Of a stretch of DNA of 64,000 nucleotides, positions 13,023 to 24,430 are shown piece by piece. The notes under the pieces are model-generated. The model did no database searches. It was given only the letters and a program-made list of their open reading frames with translations, and was not told the DNA's origin. Source of the stretch: Azolla caroliniana (Eukaryota > Plantae > Polypodiophyta); contig JBHGNT010000013.1 in the NCBI GenBank assembly GCA_043228905.1, positions 1,364,001 through 1,428,000 on the forward strand. The letters are read 5' to 3'. The position numbers and the translations under genes were made by a program. Every line of letters begins with the position of its first letter. The first letter of the stretch is position 1.

Positions 13023-16000
13023 TGTCGTGAAGATTTTCGGCGATAGTTTGAAACTTGTGAGGAACATACAAAATCGAGTGTGGTTCTTCTCATGAAATAT
13101 AAAACAATAATAGTGAAGATACTATTTTAAATAAGTTTAATATCTTGTTACAAAAAGATCGAGGTCTTGAAGAGCTTTTCAATGCACTTTGCTACATAAC
13201 AAACGGTCAACTAAGTGTGAAGTTATGTGGGTATGAAGTTGCGAAGAAAAAGAGAAGAAAAGAAAAGAAAAACAAACCTATGAGATGTCCCACATAGATA
13301 GGACAAACAAGGATCCTACAATATATAAAGCAAAGCCAAAAGCTATTGTTTTGTGTTTATGTGTGGAGCATAGAGAGTTCAAGTTGAGTTGAACTAAGTT
13401 AATCAAATGAATGGGTGTGGCCTAGCTACTTGCAAAGGTTTTGGCCAACCAAAACCAGACCCGTGGCAGCCAACGACGGAGCCGGCCAGGTGAAAACAAT
13501 CAACGGCGGCAATAATTAAGACCAAAAGCCTAATAGTATTTTGTGCTTTAAAAAGGGATGTATGCAGCAAGACTTGAACGTTACACCTCCAAGTTGAGAG
13601 TCTATAGGCTTACCATTAAGCCAAATTATTTCTTTAGGGATATATTTTTTATCACTATACTTTTTACATGTAATTCTCATACATGAGAGCTTAGATGATG
13701 ACATGGCAAACATGCATTGCATGCATTTCATGCATTCCGTGCATGTCTTGCACCCTCACCTACACCATATGCATGGGGGCATCTATAAAAGTGTGGAGGA
13801 ATCAAGCAAGTGGGGGGAATGGAAAAACAAAATTGGAATGAACATGTTCGCGTTCACAAGTGAAAGGATCGCGCATAAATGGAAGGATAAGGAAAATTTT
13901 GGTTGATTTTAGGGCTTTTTCAATGATTTTACAAAACACATTGATACCAGTATCATACATGTTCAAACATACTATGAAAAAGGTTAAAAATCCACTATTT
14001 TTGTGATTTAGAAGTAACTAAAAAAAGACGAATTTCAAAAAGTTACATTCTCAATCTATATCACAAACTTTACAACCAATGTTATTTTATAAGAAACGAT
14101 TTTTTAGAAATCATAAGAATTCAAAACACATGCTTTTATATTACTCGATTTGTTACAAGCGGATTGTAGTTACACTTAATAGCCAAATATACATTCATGA
14201 TCACTCCTTTACGGAGAATCACTACTATAACTAATATACAATGACGATTCCTCCTCGTCATCCTCAGATGTACCAATCAGTGCATTATCTTGTTCATAAA
14301 CCAAATGGTTTGACTCTAGATTATATATAGCAGTTCTCATCAGCCAACGTTGCAATCAACATCCCCGCGGTGAGCTCTTGCAAATTGTCTTGCCATCTAG
14401 CTTTGGCTGCTTTGGTCATCCTTGGTCCCACATAAATGTCTCTTTGTTGTGGATGGACCAAGCTGTCATTAATCGCATTTGCTAGTTGCTCCGGAGTTCT
14501 ATTTACACGATCATGTTGCAGAGACCATATGAATGGCGTTTCCAAATTCCAATTATCACCAAATACACAATTGTCTATAATTCCTTTCTGATCACTATAA
14601 AATACATCCCACCATGACGTGTCTTGTTGTGCGGCATATTTCTTAGCGGCCTCAAGATGCTTTCTTTTTTCTTCTAAGGCTTGGAGCCAGGACCGTTTTT
14701 GTTCCGATACCAAGTCACCCTGCAACTGTCCTTTCTTCTCAATTGGCATTTGCTTAGCTCCATGGACAATTGTACTCGGCATACAAAGTAATAACTGGCA
14801 ACCACCTTCAGGTTCCCATGTTGTAGAAGATGAATATTGTTTAGCATACAAAAGTGTAGAACCACTTATTCCATTTTTCTTTATCATAAAAATGTGATTT
14901 AAACTTATATTGTTTAACTGAGCAAGCACTTTAACATTCCCACCACCCCTATCTGATATATATCTCTTAAAGTCATATACCTCCTTCAAGTGTAACACTT
15001 TTGGGCGTGGTGTATATGCATCACAAATGACATCAAATAGTTTAGGTAAAGTGAAAGCATCATGCCGAGACAACTGTCTGGAGAATGTGCTAAACATCTG
15101 ATCTATATGGTCATGTGTGTGGCCAACCAAAAGAAAATTGACTTTCACTTTCCTAAACAATTCTTGGTTGACCAACATACTTAGATAGCCAAACACAGTT
15201 GAATTTTTGTTCTCTCTAGTAGTATTGTCCAATTGAATGTTTAGAACAGGGGGGAAAGGTTGGCCCCAAGACATCAAAACTCGGTGAATGACTGTAACTG
15301 TTAGGTTAGGGTCATTCTGAACATTGGGGTATGTAATGAAGACGTTGTTGTGCCTTTCGGCTCCGGATCGTTTGCGTGAGTCGGGTGGGAACCACTGGGG
15401 TTTTGGACTAGGAGGAAAGAAAATTCTAAGGCAATTAAGAATATGAAATATATTGTAAGAAAGAAAGATATGAAAACCTCGTGAATCCCACGAGTATAGT
15501 GTATTAGTGAGTAATTAAATTAAGAGAGAAAGAATAGTTAGCAAATTCGTGAATCCCACGATTATCTTATATTAATCAACCCTTGTAAAATAATCAACAA
15601 CCTCTATACATCTTTCTCTCTTCCTTATATAGTGTTGGAAGAGTCTAAGTTTATCCCATGCAAGCATCATGCTTTTTCTATCTTTAGTTTTCATGCACAT
15701 TGCATGTGCATGATTAGCTTTCTATCTCATCTTTTCTTTTAACTCGAGTGTCTATGCATGAATAACTTTTGTACCATGCATGTCTAGAAATTTTACATGG
15801 GATAAAGTTTAGTATAACTTTAAAATTCATAATACCCTACTATAATGATAAGGCTTAACATTATTAACATGGAGGTGCAAGGTTCGAATCTTGCCCTATG
15901 CATGTAATATATATATTTTTGTACTTTCTTCTATTTACAAATATGTCTCTTCATCTGGTGAGAGACTCTCACCGGCCTTCTTCATCCGGCTCTTTCCGGT

Positions 16001-16576
16001 TCGGCTTCATCCGGTGCTTGATAGTTTTCTTTGTCCGGTTCTTACCGGGACCTCCTTCCGATCTCTTTGTCCGTTTCTCACCGACTCTCACCGGCCTTCT
16101 TTATCCGGCTCTTGCCGGGTCTCCTTACCGGTTCCTTCTTCTGGTTCTCACCAGGTACTGTCATGAACACATGACCATTATGGCGTCACCCGGACTTGAA
16201 CCTCGAACCTTGTAATTCATACATGAAAACCTCAACCATTAAGATAGCTTATTGTTATATGAAACAATAAAAGCTACTTCTTGTATTATATTGATTATTG
16301 TAAAAACTCTAGATTATTCTAGAATGTTCTAGAATGTCCTAGAGCATTCTAAGTCTAGAACATTCTAGAACATTCTAGAAATCTCTAAGCTATTCTATAG
16401 GAACTTATAAATAAGCGCATACATGTACTCTCAAATCAATTTGAATCAACACCAGTCTTTAGCTCTCATTACATATCTTGTATTCATTCTCTTTCTTTCT
16501 CTATCTTATACATCCATTCTTCTCTATCCTTCTTCCATCACTCTATCTTTTATCCTTGGTTCTGACAGTTTGATTC

Positions 16577-16618
<42 letters not shown>

Positions 16619-18878
16619 CCTCCTTTGTAACCATCCTGAAACCATGGCTGCCATTAACTCAAAAGAATATCTCACCCTTGTTGCAGAAATGGAGAACCTT
16701 AAATCCAAGTTCGCATCTCTTGAAGTAGAGAATCAACGTCTACTTGGGGATGTACAAAAGGTTACTATAGAGAAGCAACAACAACAAGAGGAGTTCACGC
16801 GACGAGTGCAACAGTTAGAGTCGACAATCGTCGTGTTACAACAACAAAAGGTTGAAGGTCAGGGACTTATCAAGGAGCCCAAAATTAGCCTCCCAGCTAA
16901 ATTTGATGGGTCGAGGGCGCATTTCCGAGGTTTTTTGAATCAAGTACGGTTGGTGATTCAAATGCATCCCGCACGTTATCCAACAGATGCATCACAAGTC
17001 AGGCTAGTGGGCACTTTATTGACTGGCATAGCGTTCTCGTGGTTTGCTCTATTGCTAGAGACCAATTCTCCTCTACTGAATAATTTCGAGGAATTTATCA
17101 AGGAATTTAAGGCTTGTTTCGGAGATACTGATGGGGCAAGAACAGCTATCAACAAGATTCGTACACTTCGTCAAGGTGATCAACTAGCTTCAACATATGC
17201 TGCCAATTTCCGTCTCATCGCAAGCGATATTCCTTGGGATGAACAAGCCCTAATGGAGCAATTCCGTTTAGGCCTTCGTAGTGATGTCAAAGACTTACTT
17301 CTTACCTTCCCCGAGGATTCAAGGTCACTTACAGAAGCTATTAGTCGAGCAATACGGTGTGATAATCGCCTCTTTGAGCGTCGATGTGAGCGACAACAAC
17401 AAATAACAAGATCTAGATTCACACCAACTTATGCATCAGTAACGGCGCAATCATCCCCAAGGCAAATGTATAGCCCTGCTCCAACTCCAAGGCAAACACG
17501 TAGTCCAGTCCCAATGGATAGTCCTACACCCATGGAGATCGATATGACTCAAAGATGAGGACCGTTGTCAGACAAAGAGAAGCAACGTCGTCGAGCAAAC
17601 CATCTGTGCTTATATTGTGGAGGTCCAGGACATATAGCCATTCATTGCTCCCGTAGGCCGAGACATCAGGTAAATCAAATTCACTATGACAATAAAAATG
17701 AGTCCAACATGTTAGAAGTAGTTAGTGAATCTAATATTATGAATAATCCACCCTTGTCCAATAAATTTGAAGTCCTAAGCCAATTAGAAGAGGAGTCAAA
17801 CGATTAAGTCCGGCCAAAATAGGAGCCATTTGGTTGGACAACCCTAGATATGTACAACCTAGTGTGGGTTCCATTTCTTCCAAGCATGTTAGTAGAGTCT
17901 TCTCAGCCCTAGTACAAGTTAGGACACCCAGTTGTCAACTTCAAGTCCAAGCCCTCTTAGATACTAGAGCCAATTCTTGTTTCATGGATAGAGATTTTGC
18001 CCAAAAACACCAAATATCCTTGCATACACTTCCTTGTCCAGTTTCCGTAGTAGTGATTGATGGACGCCCCATAGCTTCCGGGAAGATATTTGAAGAGTTT
18101 GAGCCAATACACATACTCTTGGGTGATTTAGGATGTGTAGTTTCCTTTAACATAATCCGTAGTCCTGAGCATCCAATTGTCCTCGGTTTGCCATGGTTCG
18201 AGCTACATAACCCTAGAATCAATTGGACGAAGCGAGAAATTAGGTGCCCTTTAGCAGAAACTATCATTGTCAAGGATCGAACTCGGGATTATCCTCCCAA
18301 AGTATATAGTTCTACCGATGCACCATATCCTTCTCATCAAATTTCAGCCATCACATTGCAACAATTGCACCAAGTGGGAGGCAAGGAGGACCTTTTCTTA
18401 TTTGCAGTATCAGTGACACCTTCTAGTGTCACTGAAGGGAATTCAGACATCCAAATTCCCAAAAAATATCAAGACTATGCTGATGTTTTCGACAAAGTCA
18501 AAGCTAGTGTTCTTCCAAAGCATCGGCCGTACGACTGTCCTATTGATCTCCAACCAGGAAAAGAGCCTCCGTGGGGTCCGATTTACAATTTATCACCCAC
18601 TGAGCTTGAGGTTCTTCGAGAATACATCGAGGAAAATCTTGCACATGGGTTTATTCGACATTCAAAGTCTCCAGCTGGTGCTCCTATCTTTTTTGTGAAG
18701 AAAAAGGACGGCTCCCTTCGTTTGGTCGTGGACTATCGAGGCTTAAATAAAGTCACCATAAGGAATAGGTATGCTTTACCTTTAATCTCCAATCTCTTAG
18801 AACGCATTGGTGGGGCAAAGCATTTCACCAAAATTGATCTAAGGGGTGCATATAATCTTGTTCGAATTCGGCCGGGAG

Positions 18879-18964
18879 TGTTGGAGACAAAGGCCGTCGA
18901 TGCGGAAGATCAAGAAGCATTCGATTAGGGTTGAATACCTGCGTATGACAGTTTCCACGATCGT

Positions 18965-19008
<44 letters not shown>

Positions 19009-22000
19009 ACACACACACACACAAAAGACTTTCTATTCAATAGAAACAAATAATACAACCAACCTTACAAAAAGGTTACAAGGTCACTATATATAGTGAC
19101 CGACTTAGGGCAACTACCATTTATGCTAATTACACAAATGGCCCAAACTTGATCTATACAAAGGGATAGTGTGAATACGTCCATTATACACTTGTATTCG
19201 ACACTCCCCCGTAATGGGCATATACATGGGTTATCTAAGATTACAGGTATAAACCTAGGTTCTCGGACATATCAGTTTTGTTCTAGTCGGCAGGGTCCGA
19301 AGGCAGAAGACCGGACTGGTCGGGTCGGAAGAGTTGAAGCCGATCATTAGGGAACTGATGTCGGTTGTCTGAAACCATCCTGCGCTGTGTCCGGCTCTAA
19401 CCGGACTGGTTTGTCGTTACGCCCATCTGATGCCGAAGGGACCGAAAGCGGTCTGCCGAAAGACACTTGGTCATTCCATCTGCGACATTGTCGGTTGTGG
19501 ATATTTTCTCTAGACCGATTTTCCCTGAAATGACGCAGTCCCGAACGAAGTGATATCGAACGTCGATATGTTTGGAGGCGTTGTGGTGAACCGGATTTCT
19601 CGACAAGGCAACAGCACCTTGACTGTCGCTATAGACAACTGGAGCCGAGTCATGGTCGACTTGCCGAAACGTGTGCGCCAGCCGGCTGAGCCACAAAGCT
19701 TCTTTTGCAGCGTCGGACGCAGCTACATATTCTGCTTCGGTCGTTGAGGTCGCTGTGCACTCCTGAAGTTTCGACTTCCACGAAATTGCTCCATTGCCGA
19801 ATTTGAAGCAGTATCCGGTTGTTGATTTCCGACTGTCTATACAGCCGGCGAAGTCCGAGTCGGTGTAACCGACTACGCCTGAGGTTGAGTTCGGACCGAA
19901 AAGAATGTCGTGGTCTTTTGTGCCAGCCAGATATTTGAACACATGCTTGACTGCGTTCCAATGCGATCGGCCAGGATTGTGCATAAATCTGCTAACGACT
20001 CCTACGGCATGAGAAATATCAGGCCGTGTCGCGACCATCAGGTACATAAGGGAGCCGACTGCCGGTGCATATGGTACTGACTTCATATCTTCCCCCTCCG
20101 AACCGGATGTCGGGCAGTCTCGCTGAGAGAGCCGAAGATTCATGGGGAGCGGGGTTGAAGCAGATTTGGCTGATTGCATGTTGAAGCGTTCCAAGACACG
20201 TCCGATATAGTCGGTCTGAGACAAAAAAAGATGTCGTTTATCGCGATGCCGACTAATCTTCATGCCAAGTATGTGTCGTGCCGGACCGAGGTCCTTCATG
20301 GCAAACTTCAACCGCAGTTGCCGAATGAGATCGGCAAGTTCGCCCGCGTGGCGTCCAGAAATTAGCATGTCGTCCACGTAAATGATGAGGAAGATGGGTG
20401 ATCCATCTTGAGCTGTGTTGGTAAAAAGACAATGGTCCTCATCGCTTTTTGAGAAGCCGATCGATTGGATGAAGTCGTCGAACTTCTTGTACCATTGTCG
20501 CGGTGCCTGTTTGAGGCCGTATAGACTCTTCCTGAGTCGGCAGACTAGATGTTCTTGGCCAGTTGCCACGAAGCCTTTTGGCTGCTCCATATAAATTTCC
20601 TCTTCAAGATCACCATGGAGGAAGGCTGTTTTGACATCTAGCTGAATCAGCTCCAAGTTGTCGGCTGCCACTACGCCGAGTAGAAAACGAAGGGTTGTCA
20701 TTTTCACCACTGGTGAAAAAATCTCGTCGAAGTCGACGCCATATTCTTGTCGGAAGCCCTTCGCAACTAATCTGGCCTTGTACTTTGGGGTGGTCGAATC
20801 AGACGTCTGTTTTAGTCGATAGACCCACTTGCAAGGAAGAGCACGTCGATTCTTAGGTAATTCGACCAGATCCCAAGTCTTGTTTGCCCGAATGGAGTGC
20901 ATTTCCGACTCCATCGCCAGATGCCAGGTGGCTGAATCGACAGATGTCGATGCTTCTTCGTAAGACGTCGGTTCGCCGGCGTCGGTGAAGAAAATTCCAG
21001 GAGAATACCTCTCCGGAGGTTGCGACAGTCTCTCGGATCGTTGAGGTATGATTGGACTGGTCGCATCGGGTATCGAGGTCGGATGGTCCGAAAGCGAATT
21101 ATTCTGCTGTGCCGAGTCAGAGTTGTCCGAGTCGGTAGTGTAAGGTTCAGCTACCCGTGAAGCTGACCGTGTGTTAAGAGCGGGGCCTTCTTGAAGGGTC
21201 GGCACATCGGAAAATGTTACCCTTCGAACTTCGATCGGTGTTTCGACTGATGGATTCATAGCCGACTCGTTGAACACAACATCCGAACTTCGAACGATTT
21301 GTCTGCGTTCGGGGTCCCAGAGTCGGTATCCCATTTCGCCGTCTGATCCATATCCAAGGAAAATGCATTTCCTGGACCAAGGTGCAAGTTTCCGGCGATC
21401 ATCTTTCGGAATAAGGGCGTATGCCTCGCATCCGAAGATCCTCAGCTTGTCGTAATTCGTCTTACTGCCGATCCATAGTTCCTGAGGAATTTGAAGTCCT
21501 AGAGGTCTGCTTGGCGACATATTGATTACGTGTACTGCCGTGAGTAGAGCCTCTGCCCAGAAGCCATCCGACAGTCCGGAGTGTTGGAGCATGGAAACTA
21601 TCCGTTCTTGGATTGTCCGATTCATGCGTTCTGCAATCCCGTTTTGCTCCGGACTGTGTGGTGCCGTAAGCTCACGTCGGATGCCGCGTTGTCGGCAGAA
21701 TTTGACGAATTCTTCTGATTTGAACTCTCCCCCATTGTCGGTCCGAAAGCATTTCAGTTTTCGGTCAGTTTGATTTTCTACCATAGCGAGCCAATCGGAG
21801 AAGATCGAGAAGACAAGATCTTTGGTGCGAATTGGATAAGCCCACACCTTTCGAGTCGAATCGTCAATAAAACTGACGAAGTAAGAGGCACCGCCGAGAG
21901 ACTGATGCGGCATTGGGCCACAGACGTCCGAGTGGACTAAATCGAGAGGTCTCGTTTCTCTTGGTGCTGATGTCGGGTGTGATGCGGCTGCTTGTTTGCC

Positions 22001-24215
22001 ATACTGGCAGTGTTCGCAGAATTGATGGTCCGAGAAGGAGAGTTTAGGGATGTATCCGGCTCTAGATAGGTGCGTAATGCCGGCCTTGCTGAGGTGTCCT
22101 AATCTTCTGTGCCATAGTGATGACACAGGAATATCCACCAAAAACAGGTTACCCTCTCTGAGCGTAACATGTAACGGATACAGTGAGTGTATCTTGGGTC
22201 CTCTAGCAAGCAGGAGGTTCCCCCTGTGGAGTGTCCACCCTCCCGAAGAAAAACCGGCACGAATGCCGTCTTCATCTAGTTGTCCGACTGAGATCAATGG
22301 CCTTGAGAGCTCGGGTACATGTCGGACATTGTGAAGTACAACTGTAGAGCCACCTGCAAGGTTGAGCTCTACTGTGCCGATTCCAATGATGTCACAGTGT
22401 TGCGAGTTGCCGACTCGAACTGAGTCGGAGTGACGGATCGTATATTGCCGAAATTGGGATCGATGAGGAGTCACGTGAAATGACGCGCCCGAATCTAAGA
22501 GCCATGTGCTCGATTCTTCAGTCGTGAGCAGAACTTCTGATCCGACTGGATTTTCGATTGATAGTATATTCGGGTCGTTTGGTAGCACATCAGCTGAGGA
22601 GCTGACGTAATTGATCTCCTCATGCCGGCCACTCTTCTTGTCTGATTTCTGAGACTTGTCGTTCTTGTTCTTGAGTGTGCGGCAGTCGGCTTTGATGTGT
22701 CCGGGTTTCTTGCAATAGTTGCAGATTCGATTATCCCGTGACTGGCTCCGTCTTCGCTGATTGTTCGGCTGCCGTGAGGAATCTCTTCCTCGTATGTTCG
22801 ATCGGTCTGTCGAACCTTGTACTACATAAGCGTCGTCTGTTGAGTCTTTGGCGAAAGACTTTCTCCGAGCTGCTTCGGTCAGGATTGCGCTCGTGACTTC
22901 GGAGTATTTAACAGCCGTGGTTGACGCATTGCACACGGTTGTGACGAAAGTTTCCCATGATGAGGGAAGGCTGCTCATGAGTATCATAGCTCTGAGTTCA
23001 TCCTCGATTGCCGTCCCCTGAGATGAGATTTGGGAGCTTATGCTTTCGTACTCATTGAGATGTGCTTGAACCGAATCTGATTCTTTCATCTGCAAGTTGT
23101 AGAGGCGCCGGATCAGAAACATCTTTGTTGCAGCGACCTTCTTTTCATAAGTGTCCGACAGTGTTTTCCACAGTTCGAATGCTGTCGTACACGATTGCAC
23201 CGTAAAGTATACCGATTCCGATAGGTGCATCCGAATCGTGGCGCGGACGATTCTGTCCAGCTTCTGCCACTCAATTGGTTTGTATCCTTCTGGAGGTTCT
23301 TCATTTTCGATGGGATCGATTTGCCCCTTGACTATGAGATAGTCCTGCATTTGCTCCTTCCAGAAGTTGAAGTTCGATCCATCGAACTTTCGTAGACTCA
23401 TTTCTGACGAGCCGGATGTTGATGCCATCAGATTTGGTTTCGGTTGACGAAGCTCGGTTCGGAGTTGACTACGAACCTTGTTGGAGTGCAGCCGGTTGGC
23501 TCACCCGATATCGTTCTAGTCGGATTTGAACCCGAGTCGGTTCGGCTTCGGATATATGTATTGTTGAACTTGCTCGAATTGACTCCGGTAACTTGAGGGA
23601 CAGAACCGACTGGTCTTCCCGAATGTTGCCGAGTCGGAGTGAGCCCGGTTCGCTTCCGAATATATATGCCAAATACCGATTATTGAAACCGATTGTCTGG
23701 ACCGATTCTGCTTCGGGTGACTGCAGCGACGAGAGAGACGGATCCAACTGATCCTCCCGAATGTCGATCAGCCGGATGAAGCACGAATTTGGGTTGTTGT
23801 CTTGAGACCGATCTGCACCGAGTGGTTACAATGAGCGGCGAGCAGCGTTTGATGACCTCTTCGGATGCCGTTTAACCGAGTGGAGCACGATCGTGTCAAT
23901 GTTGCACAAGGGGATTTCACCTCGAGCGGTTACGATCACAAGGAACAGAGTACAACCGGCTGGCTTACTCCAAGCGAAGATGATCTAACGCGATGAGATG
24001 CAAGCCTCGTTTTTCTTCTTCTTCTCTCTTCTTCGAATGACGCAAGAAACCGAATGCTGTGCAGGCTAAGACGACGGCCGACAGCGGGTTGAAGGACCGA
24101 ATACTGTGCAGGCTCTGATACCAAATGTTGGAGACAAAGGCCGTCGATGCGGAAGATCAAGAAGCATTCGATTAGGGTTGAATACCTGCGTATGACAGTT
24201 TCCACGATCGTGCAC

Positions 24216-24248
<33 letters not shown>

Positions 24249-24430
24249 CAAAAGACTTTCTATTCAATAGAAACAAATAATACAACCAACCTTACAAAAA
24301 GGTTACAAGGTCACTATATATAGTGACCGACTTAGGGCAACTACCATTTATGCTAATTACACAAATGGCCCAAACTTGATCTATACAAAGGGATAGTGTG
24401 AATACGTCCATTATACACTTGTATTCGACA
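18879..24430 (-). mobile_element. Intact, very young Ty1/copia element (Tnt1/Tork-like)
   Basis: LTRs 18879-19203 and 24126-24430 appear identical apart from a (GA)n(CA)n tract. TSD GGGAG at 18874-18878 and 24431-24435. PBS TGGTATCAGAGCC (tRNA-iMet, 24111-24123). PPT complement CTCCCCC at 19204. Confidence 0.97.
19397..23428 (-). CDS. Copia gag-pol polyprotein, 1343 aa, uninterrupted
   Basis: CNYCKKPGHIKADC; WLLDSGAS; LWHRRLGH / CEHC; HSDVCGP..TDNGGEF..NGIAER; YVDDM; YTDSDFAG..KHIDVRYHF. Confidence 0.97.
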   Translation of the reverse strand: MASTSGSSEMSLRKFDGSNFNFWKEQMQDYLIVKGQIDPIENEEPPEGYKPIEWQKLDRIVRATIRMHLSESVYFTVQSCTTAFELWKTLSDTYEKKVAATKMFLIRRLYNLQMKESDSVQAHLNEYESISSQISSQGTAIEDELRAMILMSSLPSSWETFVTTVCNASTTAVKYSEVTSAILTEAARRKSFAKDSTDDAYVVQGSTDRSNIRGRDSSRQPNNQRRRSQSRDNRICNYCKKPGHIKADCRTLKNKNDKSQKSDKKSGRHEEINYVSSSADVLPNDPNILSIENPVGSEVLLTTEESSTWLLDSGASFHVTPHRSQFRQYTIRHSDSVRVGNSQHCDIIGIGTVELNLAGGSTVVLHNVRHVPELSRPLISVGQLDEDGIRAGFSSGGWTLHRGNLLLARGPKIHSLYPLHVTLREGNLFLVDIPVSSLWHRRLGHLSKAGITHLSRAGYIPKLSFSDHQFCEHCQYGKQAAASHPTSAPRETRPLDLVHSDVCGPMPHQSLGGASYFVSFIDDSTRKVWAYPIRTKDLVFSIFSDWLAMVENQTDRKLKCFRTDNGGEFKSEEFVKFCRQRGIRRELTAPHSPEQNGIAERMNRTIQERIVSMLQHSGLSDGFWAEALLTAVHVINMSPSRPLGLQIPQELWIGSKTNYDKLRIFGCEAYALIPKDDRRKLAPWSRKCIFLGYGSDGEMGYRLWDPERRQIVRSSDVVFNESAMNPSVETPIEVRRVTFSDVPTLQEGPALNTRSASRVAEPYTTDSDNSDSAQQNNSLSDHPTSIPDATSPIIPQRSERLSQPPERYSPGIFFTDAGEPTSYEEASTSVDSATWHLAMESEMHSIRANKTWDLVELPKNRRALPCKWVYRLKQTSDSTTPKYKARLVAKGFRQEYGVDFDEIFSPVVKMTTLRFLLGVVAADNLELIQLDVKTAFLHGDLEEEIYMEQPKGFVATGQEHLVCRLRKSLYGLKQAPRQWYKKFDDFIQSIGFSKSDEDHCLFTNTAQDGSPIFLIIYVDDMLISGRHAGELADLIRQLRLKFAMKDLGPARHILGMKISRHRDKRHLFLSQTDYIGRVLERFNMQSAKSASTPLPMNLRLSQRDCPTSGSEGEDMKSVPYAPAVGSLMYLMVATRPDISHAVGVVSRFMHNPGRSHWNAVKHVFKYLAGTKDHDILFGPNSTSGVVGYTDSDFAGCIDSRKSTTGYCFKFGNGAISWKSKLQECTATSTTEAEYVAASDAAKEALWLSRLAHTFRQVDHDSAPVVYSDSQGAVALSRNPVHHNASKHIDVRYHFVRDCVISGKIGLEKISTTDNVADGMTKCLSADRFRSLRHQMGVTTNQSG

